A stretch of DNA of 53,172 bases from Trichinella spiralis (GCF_000181795.1 NW_003526940.1:2929011-2982182), one strand, 5' to 3'. Positions 23,422 to 35,634 are shown, numbered from the stretch's first letter. Notes: a model not told the origin generated them from the letters alone. Numbers and translations are program-made.

Positions 23422-26125
23422 TGTTGAGAAATCTTTTCTCAATATCTGCTCATCACTATGTAAAAATTCCCGTGGCAACAAAGCATTGCTCCTGGTACGA
23501 AAACAACAATTGCGCGACGCCAGTTGCATCCTTTGTTTTTCTTGATGTTAAACAATGGAATGGCAATTAAATCATCAAAAAGTCAGCGTTCTGTAATATA
23601 TTTGTCACAACTTTTGTGGTCAGTTGCTGAAAAAGCGTCAAATTGAAATGAGGCTGACAGCGCACCTGTTCAGATTCCGGCTAAGCTGCACAGTCTAAGG
23701 GATGGCGTGCCCACGCCGATTTATAATTGCTTTTCATTTATTTTATCGAGGACGCCGGATGCGGAGTGACGCCAAGAAAAAGATATAAATACAAGTGCGG
23801 AGGGAGGAGGGACATTAACACGGAACACGCCGTATCGAATACCGCCTGAACCGTTTCTTTTCTCTCGCTATATCATTATTGTTACTCACTGTTTGTTCTG
23901 AATAAACCGATTCTTAGTCAAACCCACTGTCATTGATATTTTATATTTAACACATACAGTCCACTACCAAAGAATCCTCAAGTTCGAACTAAAGATTTTT
24001 CAACACATTTTCTGGTCCTCCGAGCCGGATTGGAACCAGCGACCTATGGATCCAACTCGTGATACTACCAGCAACCGAACACTCCCCACAAATAACCCGA
24101 CAGGAAACATGGCCAGCCCAAGGAGCCGAACCAGAGCATATGATGCCGAAGGATCGGCACTGCAGTACTGGATAGATCGACTGCAAAGACTTTGCGCTGG
24201 ACATACGGATGTAGAAGCCATGCGCGAAGCAACCAAAACGTTGGGACGTGCAACACAACTATTTTTTGAATCGCGGCAACGTTACTTAGATAGCTTGCCG
24301 GAGGAAGAAAGAAATCCAGCAATAATAGAATTCGACGAACTGATCGACAAGCTCAGAACCACCCAATGTCAAGCCGACGAACTGCTGGCAACCGCTGAAA
24401 CACCATCGTCGGCCGAAATTACCCAACCACCAGCCACCAAAAACAACGATCCCAAGACCAACTCGACCAGGCCGATCCCAAAATTACCAAAATTCGACGG
24501 AGACATCCTCCAATTCAAGGCCTTTTGGGATCAGTTCAACGCAGCAGTGCATCGAAGAGACGATCTCGAAGATGTCACAAAATTTGTGCATCTTCGATCC
24601 TGCTTAGCTGGTGCAGCATTACACGCAATTAGTGGCGTGACAACAGCAGCCGAAAACTACCCGGCTGTGGTGCAACTACTACACGACCGATTCTATCGGG
24701 TATCGGACGTGTTGGACGCGCATATCCTCAAGATCTTTAGCGTCCCAAAGGAGGTCGCCAAAGGAAGGGAAGGTCTGCTAGCTCTGCATGACAAGCTAAA
24801 CGGCCACCTATTGGAACTCAGAGCGATCGGAAGGGATCTCGATACCACGGTATCCGGTTCCCGGACCGCACTACCGCAACTGGTGGCCCAATTGCCAAAG
24901 AACATCCAATCCCGGTGGAAGGATCAATGTGGCAAATCGACGGAAGAACCGACCTCTCAGACCTTCCTGGACTTCTTAGCAGAACAAGCCCGGTGCGCTG
25001 TGGACCTCGTACAGTCCACACAGGGAGAGAGAATACCCTCCCCCACGCATAAACACACGGTGATGGAGAGTCAGCGGAAGCGATCTCGCCCCCTTCGTCA
25101 AACAATTGGAGCCTTTCATACATCTCTCCATCCAACCTGTCCGGTGTGCCAAGGTAAACATCGTGTAACGGTATGTCCACAGTTCCTGAACCAACAGTGG
25201 TCAGAACGAAAGGCAACGGCGGTGCGCCTCGGCCTGTGCTTCATTTGCCTAAGTCAAGGCCATACATCACAGCGATGTGCGATGAGACAACGGGGCTGGA
25301 GAACTCACCATTTGCTCACTGAAACGGCTCCCAACCGCCGAACATCACAGCCAAAACCATCTGACACCTCAATTCCACCTCCCGCGAAGAAAACGCGGTC
25401 TGAACCCAGTGAGGAAACATTCACCCGTGTATTACTCGCCAATATACGCGGCTCAACGAGAATCCGGTTTCAAACAGTGAAAGCCATTGCTACTGGTGCA
25501 AACGGACAACGGCTAACGGCAACTGCTTGTTCGACAGCGGTGCTGAAACAGCCCTAGTGACAGAAGAAGTAGCAAGAGCCTTGAATTTGGTGGGAACATC
25601 GGAGACCGTCACGGTGAAAGGAATCGGTGGAATCCAATGCGCCCCAACGGTGGCCAGAAGAGTCCGGTTCCGTCTAAGCCCCGTAGATACAAACCAATCC
25701 GGTGTGGGTGATAAGTCCATTGAAGCACTAACACTTCCACGAATCTGCGATGATATCCCTTCCGTCCCAGTCCGGTGTGACAAGTGGAAGCATCTACAAC
25801 ACCTGCAGCTCCCAGAGGAGGAAGATGAGAAACTGCCTATCCACGTGTTAATCGGTGTGGATTCGTATGGACGATTTCTCGGTGAGAAACTCCTACGAGG
25901 AAATCCAACAGACCCGGTTGCTATTGAAACAACTCTGGGATGGGTTGTCTTTGGTCCGGTGAATCCACCGTCAACGTCTCAATACCGGTATCATTGTGCT
26001 CAAATAGAAGACCACATGGAACAGACACTGAGAAAGTTCTGGGAACTCGACTCCATCGGCATCCAGCACCAAGAAGACAAGACGACCAAAGACGCGGTAA
26101 GCCGTCAATTCTTTAATACGTTAAC
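23422..26125 (+). mobile_element. BEL/Pao LTR retrotransposon 1, 3'-truncated (5' LTR, PBS, gag, protease)
   Basis: LTR 23422-24005 (TGTTGA...TCAACA) and PBS at 24013. Gag has a DUF1759-like PKLPKFDGDILQFKAFWDQF and Cys/His knuckles; protease motif LFDSGAE. GC-rich sequence ends abruptly near 26125 with no RT, integrase or 3' LTR. Confidence 0.93.
24013..24030 (+). promoter_or_regulatory. Primer-binding site, tRNA-Tyr-like
   Basis: TGGTCCTCCGAGCCGGAT, 7 nt after the LTR end. Complementary to the 3' end (with CCA) of a eukaryotic tRNA-Tyr, recalled rather than searched. Confidence 0.75.
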
Positions 26126-26162
26126 ATATGAATGGCAGGAAAGCAAAGCAGCTTTAATTTAA
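24046..26162 (+). pseudogene. BEL gag-protease polyprotein (frameshifted at about 25520, truncated)
   Basis: ORF 24046-25557 contains CPVCQGKHRVTVC and CFICLSQGHTSQRC. It continues in a second frame with (N)CLFDSGAETALV, LIGVD, AIETTLGWVVFG and FWELDSIGI. One missing base at ACGGCAACTGC would join the frames. Confidence 0.88.
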
Positions 26163-26892
26163 AAATTCTTATGACCATCATAAATCTCAATATTATTAGT
26201 ATTCTGAACGTATTCAAAAGATGAAGCAGACGATTTTATGAAATTAAAAAAATTTTAAGGTTTGTCTTAAAGAAAGTAGCAATCAAAGTCAAAGATATTC
26301 TGCTTGCTAGTAGCTAAATACGTTTTCAATGTATGCAAACACTTACTGTCGATTGTAATCCAAAATCAGCATTGCCTTATCATTTTGGTACTGCTAATAA
26401 TATATTTATTTGAAGGTTAATTTGGAAAGTGAGCTTATAATATTTTTCTTAATTAAAATCTGGTTGTTTTGCTAATAACAATCATATTCATTAAATGGGT
26501 TATGAGTCGCATTCGATGTTTTATAAGATCCACAAGTACATTAATGTTGTTTGTTTGTGATATTGAAAAGTCGTTTGTTAAATAATCTGCACAAATTGTT
26601 TGCATCAATATAAAACAAATAAAATTCATTGAATTAAATGAACTAATAAAAATTCACAAGCATTTAAATATTTATTATGCACATATGATGTTTTTTTTTA
26701 TTTTTTTACACAATTTTATCACATTATTTTGCAACATCTACCTGCCAAAATTTAGTGGGAAGAGCTGCAACCGGCTAGTAAGTAAATGCTGGTTCTTTTA
26801 AAGATTTCAATAGCATTTTCCTGTACTTCATATACCATTAAATAAGATATTCAAATAATCTCTTTATATTTCATTTCATTATATGATTTCAG

Positions 26893-27265
26893 AAATGTTC
26901 AACAATGTTTGTGCAAAAAACATGAGAATAATTTGTTTGGACAAGATATCAAAAATGATTGCAGAATTTTTCGGAGAAATATAAAATTAGTAGCAAGTTC
27001 TATTTCTATTCAAAGCTATCGATGAACACCTGAAAGTAATAACAATTGTCAATGGTTTATCAGTGAAGCAGGAAGCAAATATTGTGCTATGGACATGCTT
27101 TATCACGTTAATTTATAGTTACAGAAATGTAGTTGTATTTTAAAAAATTTCTAAAATGAAATCTTTAATTTCATTGTTTTTGGAAAAGTCAAACAAAAGA
27201 ACCGGCAGTTATAGTGTTTCATCGATGCTGCAACCATTTTCAGTTGTATCTGAGATGTTGGTCAT
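26893..27265 (+). pseudogene. Highly decayed DNase II-like exons 5-6
   Basis: Exon-5-like NDCRIFRRNIKLVASSISI...CQWFISEAGSKYCAMDMLYH|GT with stops and indels, then exon-6-like KSQTKEPAV...IDAATIF with a mutated acceptor. Confidence 0.78.
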
Positions 27266-28776
27266 GTTACAAGCAAAGCAATTTATTAACGAAAAGTCAG
27301 CGCTATTCCTTATTACTTGCTGATTTTATTTTTTCATTACTTTGCTATATTTACTTCTGCTCTGACAAATTTTTCTTACATGCAGAGCTAACAAGCAATC
27401 AGTTTTCTCACTGTTCATCTAAAATAACATTGTTAATAATCCTCAAATTTCAAGTAATTTATACTTTTTAAGGCGCTTCGATTTTATGTTGAATTTTACA
27501 TAACGCTTCTATTACATTTAATATTTAATTTCATAATCATGCATTTGTGAATTTATTTTGATCATGATAAATAATACATAATTATTACATAATTTGGAAA
27601 GTCACATTCAAGATGTTTATTTTATAATTTAAAGACTTTTATGCATTTGCTCAAATTTAAAATTGCATACATTTTGCATGAAAACAAACAATAATAAAAT
27701 AATATTGTTAACTAATTAGCGGTTTTTAATATTGCGCATGCAATTGCATGAAATCACAAGATATTTTAATTGTAAGCCTTTTTACAATTCCTTTTTTATT
27801 TACTGCAGATATTTCTACACAGCAAAGTATCATGTTATATTTTATAAGTATATATTGGAATTTTATGTTATAATTTTTTTTAAATCACAGCAACAAATTC
27901 TAACTTATTTGAAAATGCAGAAAAGCTACTGATGTGCATTTGCACTTTTTGATAATCTTTTGAAAAATGTTCTTAGGAAAGTAGCATATTATTGAATTTT
28001 AGCAGAGGCCCAAAAAAGGTAATATTAAAATAGCAAAATTTAAAATGATTATTATGTTATTTATTTCGTTTAGATGGTGTAGCTTAGATAGAGATACATA
28101 TGTATGAGGAAGAATTCGCACACTGTGTTAATTTTAGTGAGATGAATGAAGAAAGTGAAGCAATTTGGAAAAAAATGATATTAAAATCTTCCTTTTTCTG
28201 AAAGCAGCCTTTGAATGATTTTGTTATAGCTGAAAACAATTTATACATTACGATAGTTGTATGGTATTGAGAAGATATTTTTTATAATTTCTTGTTTAAA
28301 AAGAAATGTGTTGAAAGAGATAGCCTACGGGTCTGCTTAGAATAAATACACTGGAATTTATTGATTTTATATATCATTGGTAGCACTGATCGAATAGCAA
28401 GCAATAACAGCTATTGAATGTAGGTGAAATTGCTTCATTCCCTTCTTATTTTGCCTCGAGTGAAAATGCGTAATAGACAATGCATATAAAAGCGCTTCAT
28501 GAGCAAGCAATTAAGAGAATTTTTCAGCTAACATCACTTGCTGATGATTGCTGCGTAAACTCTAATCTTTCACTCTCTTCCCTTTCATTTTCATTTTCAT
28601 TTTTTGTGCTGCATGTATTGCTGCTTCTTATTATAATAAACTGTTGCAAGTATTCTTGGTTACTTGATACTGATCGTCTTCACATATTTCAACAAAATGA
28701 AAATATATGCATATTTATTTGCTTGTTTATTTGTATCTGATTTGTATGATTTGTTTGAGCAGTGAGACTTGATTTT

Positions 28777-28902
28777 CTAATGCTTGCGCTGAGTATGAGT
28801 TGATTTGACACTGAGAAGATTTTCCGCATAAACAACCTGTAAATAAATCACCAGAAGTGATATCACGGCAAGCAACTGGCGACAGACGGAGATATTTGTC
28901 AT
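28777..28902 (-). other. 41-codon ORF with a signal-peptide-like N-terminus (micropeptide or first part of a decayed secreted-protein gene)
   Basis: MTNISVCRQLLAVISLLVIYLQVVYA-ENLLSVKSTHTQRKH*: charged n-region, hydrophobic h-region and a V-Y-A cleavage motif. It falls below the ORF-track length cutoff. Confidence 0.35.
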
Positions 28903-29258
28903 TTCATTTTCTTTAAGCCATTGTTTTGACGTTTGAAAAAAATTGATGTCATCATATTATTTGTCACATCTCTCCACAAAAGGAATCATTCCGACAACCA
29001 TCAGAAAATACCAACCAGTTAGTAAAGAGAACTAACTAGGTTGAGTGGAAATGTTAAATCAGAGCTTTTAATTTATACAATAACTGATTTATTTTATAGA
29101 AATTGTTTCATTGCAAGTTAATATTACTTCTAATTAATCAGTAAAAACTGTGTCAGCTGCCGTTACAAAGATTTTATTTGATAAATCAAAATTCCAAAAA
29201 TGGTTTCTTTATTTAAAGATGAAAAGTAATTGGTGTAATGTTATCTTTGCTTTGTGGT

Positions 29259-32200
29259 TTAACATTCAACAGTTGATATGGTTGGATCGAAATATTTGTA
29301 TTCAACGGTACAGTTTTTCAAATCTCCATAACCCTTACAGTTTTCGTAGACTTTCTTATAAGAGTTATACCGTTTCTAAAATTGCACAGAGCTGAATATA
29401 TTCATTCAGTTTCACATCAACATGCATTTACCACTTTAATAGGGCAAACTGTTTGTTTCAGTAAAACTTGAAAACGGGAAGAGATTCCCATATTAAAACC
29501 AATTACAATTTTTTCCAACCAAAGATATGTTCCATTTGTTTTCTTCCTATCTGTTTCGAATATAGCTTGCTTTACTTGTTCTTTTATGTCAGCATCTGAA
29601 TCAGTGTATTCTGTTGTTCCACCCAACATTTGGCTATGTTGTGGTACAACCTGAAAGTAATATCAAACATCCATTAAAAAAATGTACAACTTTGAATAAA
29701 GTGAGTGGATTTTTTTAGAAATCGCCTTTGTTATTATTAAACTAATACCAGGAGAGAAATTCAAAAAAAGTATATTTAAAAAATCAGTGAAAATGCATAT
29801 TTTATTAAATAACTTCATTGAAAATTTTCTGAAAGTCATTTTTTATTATAAAATATTACTGTGACATATTTTTATAAAGTAGCAATTGACTTTAAATTTG
29901 TTCCTGTCAGATTCGAATATAGCCTGCTTTCTTACCTGTTCTTCTACATCATCAATTGAATCAATATATATCGTTCTTCTTCTATTCGCCCTTTGGTCAC
30001 GTTGCGGTATAATCTGAAAGTAATATCAAGCATCCATAAAAAGTATGTACAGCTTTGAATGAAGTAAAAAGAATGAATTTTTGGAAAATGCTTTTGTTAT
30101 TTGTAAACTAATAAAACTGGAGAAATTCGAAAAAATTATATTTGGAAAAAGCAGTGAAAATGCAGAATTTCATTAAACAACTTCATTTATAATTTTCTGA
30201 AAGTTATTTTTTATTTTTAAATATAACTGTGAAATGTCTTTTGTGAAACAGTAATTCCCTTTAAATTCTAAACATCAAACCTAGGTTTTAACAGAGTGTT
30301 CCTTTTAAAACTTAAAATTACATTTGATGAACGAATTTTCAGGGAATATCTCAACATCATGCAAAATATGGAATAAAGAAAATTATATTAAATCAATTAC
30401 TGAAAGTTATTGATGAAGGTTGCTTTTATAATTTACATTAAAATTCTGGTTTATTTTGAATAAATAATATGAATTAAAATGCATACTATCGATTCTTCTA
30501 CTTTCTTTACACAAAGGGCAGTTGCTGTTAAAGGATCATGATACTTATATTCGATTCTACACTTCTGTTTTTCACTTTCAGCTCGGCACTTTTTTAGTAC
30601 ATCGTTATAGGAAGATACCTGTTATTGAAAAATTCAATGAAAGCTAGTGAATTCTCATTTGTGGGAAGCGGCTTTAAAATTAAGGTAACATACGTCATGT
30701 GAAACTTGGCAATCAGTATTTTGTACAACGACTTGCATGATGGTAAAGATTCCCATGGTTGAAACTTCTTCCACTCTTACCAGTTTGTGAAATACACCGA
30801 ATTTTTGTTTTGTGTCCGATAAGAATAATGCCTCCTGAGCTTCTGGGAACATAACAGCAGCATCTCTACCATGAAGGGTTGTTCCACCAAGCATCTCAAT
30901 CTTAAATTTTTCATTGCATATTTCATAAACGCATAATCGAAGTGAAATCATGTATTTGCAGTGCCAAAAATGGCATTTATTAAAAACAAGTAAAATATAT
31001 GCTTTATAGCAACATCAAACACAAATTGCTTAACCCTCATCCGGGCGGCAAATTTTATACCTTAATCCGGGCACATGTCTACATATGTTGACACTAGAAA
31101 TTTCGTCGTGTTTAGTTCCTGTACATGATGTTAAAATGATTATTTTTTCAAGAGCTAATGATAATTTCACAAATAGATTACTTATTTTATTCAATGCAAG
31201 CGCTACACATTTTAATGATTTTATGGCTGCTACATATATATTTTTTACATGAATGGCAGCGGTTTCACGTTGATTTTCGACTTTCCTTCGACGTCCTTGC
31301 TCTCGGTGTTTTGATGGATTTTGTCGTTTCATAACTGATATCTGTAACATTTATGATTTTGGGGCAGTCTGTAGCGGATGAAGGCATGCTTAGCTTGTGC
31401 ATAGATTTTTGATTTTGATACCTCATTTCGATGTGTTGTTTGACCAGCTGAAAGCTCTCTCATAAAACGCTTCTTTGTCTTCTGATAACTTTGCTGATGT
31501 CTCATCAGTAAGAATGCGTTGTTGATGCACACCTCAATGATGAAGTACAACCCATTATTTTGGCCTATGATGTTTGTTCTTTTGAAATCTTGCTGGTTGT
31601 CTACTTTCACCTTTGCGTGGCATGAAATCAACAGATTTGCTTTTGACATTGAAGAACATTGCTGTTTTTCCTTGGCACGTAATTGATCATCGTTACCTTT
31701 TTGCTGTGCTCATAAACAGCTAATGTAGAGTAAAGATCACGTTGTGCTGCTTTACGCAAACATGCTAGAACATCACGGCGATGTGCAAACACTGTACCAA
31801 TAACTGTAAGATCCTGCTCAAAAAGATGTTTCACAGTGGAATATGATGTAAAATAACGGTCCATAAAAACGTTTCTGTTAGAGTTCACAAATGGCTGTGC
31901 CAATTGCCCAACATTGGTGCTTGCTAGACCAATTTGGGGTTCTTCACTACTTCTGCCAATATATAACAAACCTTTCAGAGCATAACCATACTCCGCGTCA
32001 CATATCCAGTTGATCTTCACACCACACTTTTCTGGTCAAATGGTCAAATGGTCAATACGTATGGTAAAATGCAAAATTGGCAATCACAACTGATTATTTA
32101 TAGCAATCAATAAGCTGCATAATGGATATCGCTCATCCAGTTTTTAAAGCTTCCATGAACAACTGACTGTTTTTTTCGCATATTCAGCTAATAACAGTGA

Positions 32201-32955
32201 CTCTTAAACAAACATCAAGAAGGTCTGAGAGCACTGACAGACACTCATGAAGCATACCGTATTTATCTTTGGGATTGACACCCTGTTTGACAATCTACTC
32301 TATAAAATCCACAGAAACATTATCCCAGATTCCATAAAGTACACAAACATGGGCCACATTCAAAAATAATCAATGTGGTAACCTCAGAGCATTTTAACTA
32401 CTACATACATGTGGATTATTTCAGTATAATCATGAAAAAAAGAGAAAGTGTTATGTGTCTACATATGTAGACAGGTGCCCGGAATATGAATAGTGAACAT
32501 GAAGCAATCGTTTAAAAACGTCATAGATCAAAAACATTAGCTGTGAAGGTAGAGCATAAAAATTTATCGAAAGTTTTGGAATGAAGGCTAATTATTTTTT
32601 TTTCATGTCACAGCACTGCTCCAAACATCGTTTGTCTATATATGTAGACAGGTGCCCGGATTAGGGTTAATAAATGTGTAAAATCTTGTGCAAAGTTTTA
32701 ATTGTTAATTCTGAAAAGAATTTCAAATTGATGCATGCATTTGCTATTGGGCAAGTTAATAATTGAAATAATAATAGTAGTTTTGAAATTTTTATAATCT
32801 TTTAATGAATTAAATAAGTGACATCTTTGCAAATATTGCATTGGAAAATTTGCACATGATTTCCGTAATCTAAAGATTTCTCTCATAGTTTAAGTTACCT
32901 GAGCTTCACCAACGGCGAAGAAAAACACCACCAAAATACAGTGCACAAAACTCAT
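29259..32955 (-). CDS. Secreted multi-cystatin-like-domain protein (MCD-1-like, two domains), about 269 aa
   Basis: Six phase-0 exons: 32955-32899 (MSFVHCILVVFFFAVGEAQ), 30900(or 30894)-30694, 30618-30487, 30013-29936, 29650-29432, 29375-29259 (...KNCTVEYKYFDPTISTVEC*). All GT..AG with an open frame. Two MLGGTT...EAL/QAIF...MGI...TxC...C...C.IEYKY.DP repeats match the MCD-1 architecture recalled from T. spiralis. Confidence 0.88.
29540..30268. repeat. About 363-bp two-unit tandem duplication (intron 3' end plus exon 5' end) inside the cystatin-like gene
   Basis: 29651-29898 aligns to 30014-30268 (CTGAAAGTAATATCAA.CATCCAT...CAGTGAAAATGCA...AATTTTCTGAAAGT...CTTTAAATT), and 29545-29650 aligns to 29900-30013. 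Confidence 0.85.
31034..32666 (-). mobile_element. piggyBac element (decayed transposase) in intron 1 of the cystatin-like gene
   Basis: TTAA TSDs at 31030-31033 and 32667-32670. 13-bp TIRs CCCTCATCCGGGC / GCCCGGATTAGGG and subterminal TGTCTACATATGTAGACAGGTGCCCGGA repeats. Fragmented ORFs carry KINWICDAEYGY, RNVFMDRYFTSY, IGTV and NNAFLL. Confidence 0.93.
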
Positions 32956-35634
32956 TTTCTAAATAAATGAATTCCTGGCTTGAGTGATTTTATTTCAAAG
33001 TGTTGCACAATTATATACTTGAATTTGTTTACGAAATAAATATCATGCTCATACACATATAATTGACTTTTGTCCATAACTTGTTTATTTTTCATGATAT
33101 CAGTTGTGATTTTATAGTCATATGTGTTTTTCACTTTTGGATAATATTTATTTTTGTTTCGTGTTTATTAAGAATGTTTGTATTTATAGAGTTCACTTAT
33201 GCTTAAATGTGATGGTATGTTTACGAGGAATTTCTTTTATTGTTTTGCTTTATAATATTTATCTCTCATCTATGATTTGTTACTGAAAAATTTTATTATG
33301 ACACAAAAAATATTTTATATTTATTGAATTTGTTTCATGTTGTAATTTTTGAAAAAAAGCATTATCTTTATAAATCTGGAAAGCGATCGTTCTAAAATTA
33401 TTATATTTTTTGCATTTCAAGTGGTATTACAATAATAATTAAACTTTTTTTATAGCAAACGTTTTATTTGAAGCTGGATTTTCTTTTCTTTTAGGCCTGT
33501 TGTACAGTTTACTTGTAAAAAATTAAGCCATTTTTATTTTATAAGTGTCATTTTCTTAATTTTGAATTATCTTTTCTTCACAGAACACGAAATAGCAAAT
33601 TTTTTTCATAGGGATTGTATTACTATTTTTTGTTTTGTACGTATTAAAATTTTCTTCTTCATAGATTTTGTAGTTGCATTTGTTGAATTTTGTAAATATT
33701 CCACTTTTTGATGCATTGAAGATTGAAGATACGTTAACAATTTGTAATCACAAAATTTTATCTATATGTTAATTTTTTTGGAAGACATTAAAAACAATTT
33801 CGTGTGAAAAACATTTACATTTTTTAGAAATAAACTGCATAAGTGTAAACATTGCTTCTAAATGTAAGAACAGAATCAAGCACTGAAAATGAAAACAGAA
33901 CTGAACAGAGAAAAGAACAAATATGAAATGGAACAACGGTCGTGAATTTTTCATTAAATAATGTTTGTAATATTTCATTTTAATTTCTCATCTTTATTCT
34001 ATTTCATGATCGTTGAAATTCTGTGAAATCCTTTATCTGATAACGCTGATAGAAGGAAATGGACAGTGTCAGAAATAAATGCCGTTCAAGATTTCTCACT
34101 CCACACAGCGGCAGATATGAAGATTTATGGCGCCGACTATATGTCTATAACTAGATAAACAACTAGACTAAAGATAGCTTGAAGCAAAGCAGATTTATCA
34201 GGCTTGACCAGCAGATACAATAATATCATGAATTATACGCAATATTGAACAAGAAGCAAATTCTGATATCAATCTTACGTAATTGAAAATGCTAGTTTGT
34301 TGTTTTTAGCGGTTTGTTGACAGAGACGGTCATTTGGAAAGAGTCATTCAAAAGTGAATGGACAACTGGCTTCCAACTTTCAGTAAAGTTGATTCCTAAA
34401 AAGTAAGAATGAAAAATTTTCACTTTACCACTTTTCTATTTCCTGTGCTTGATTTCGTTCTGATTTTTCTCATCTGCCGATTTGCATTTAGTTTTAAATA
34501 ATCGAAATAATTATAATTTATTCCGTCAGGGCAGAGTTTACCAACTCAAACACACAAACGTTGAAGATAAACAGTGGACTTGCCGACGGATAAAATAATA
34601 TTTTATAAATTATGCAATTTCTATTCATTCTATTCAAATTTTTCATGTGCACGCGGATCAATGCACACGAACTTAGATGTATATACACTGTGTTAGGATC
34701 TGCTCCTCATGCGGATGTATCCCAGACAATTTCAATCTTGTATAAAATGGAAAAAAAAATTTTAAACATAGCGCAGCGGAAGAAATGACGCAACGAACAG
34801 ATGTCCACCACTGCCAGCAACTCGCCAACAGTTGGAAATTCCTCCACACTAGCGTGTGACAACGACTGGCCGTCAATTTCTGTACTTTATTAATACTGAT
34901 CATTTATATTTGTTCTCCTAGGGTTTTTAATTCAATGTTTTGCTTGTTAAAATTTGTCATCTCAGTTCAGTGTCCACATTCCGGCAAGATGTGTGAAAAA
35001 TTGATAATCTTTATCAAAAATCTGGAATCTAGCGCCAGCAGTTTTAATTTATCCACAAATAGCGCACCAAAGCGAACATCAAAGAATGCGATGTCCACTG
35101 CCCCATGAAATGAAGAAGCTTCAACAGCTTTTCTGCTTGGTGTCATCATCTATTGCTTTTTTTCTGTTATGACGATAATACCTGCCGACGATGATAATTA
35201 GCCATGGTCATATATATTTTGGCAGAATATATGCAGTGCTAGAGAAAGATAACGTGAGATGAAAAATAATTTTGTTTGCTTTCACTTTTGTTTGTTCGGT
35301 AAAATTATTTCGAAAAACAACAGATATTTTTTGATCTGGAATGTTCAACATTTGGTTATCATCGTAATACAACAATTGAAACTTGAATGTTTAGTCAACA
35401 CAGTTGTCGGTTTCACTTTAGATATTGAAAAACAAATTTAATACAGTTTACACAAAATGTATAATCATAAATTTATATTTTAAACAAAAATCCCAATTTT
35501 ATTTTTTATTTAAATGATGCATAAGAAGAAAAACAATAACTCTTGTGAAGAGAAGCGAAAGAAAGATTGGAAAGATTAAATTCTTTTGCAAACCAGAAAT
35601 ATTTTCAGAGAACAGACAAGCAAAATCAGAAAAG

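Noticed and set aside
25505..25530. Programmed ribosomal frameshift between gag and protease
   Set aside because: There is no slippery heptamer, BEL elements usually have one ORF, and a single lost A explains it (mutation or homopolymer error).
34005..34280. Coding-looking stretch
   Set aside because: There are stops in all three forward frames and no recognisable homology, so it cannot be supported.
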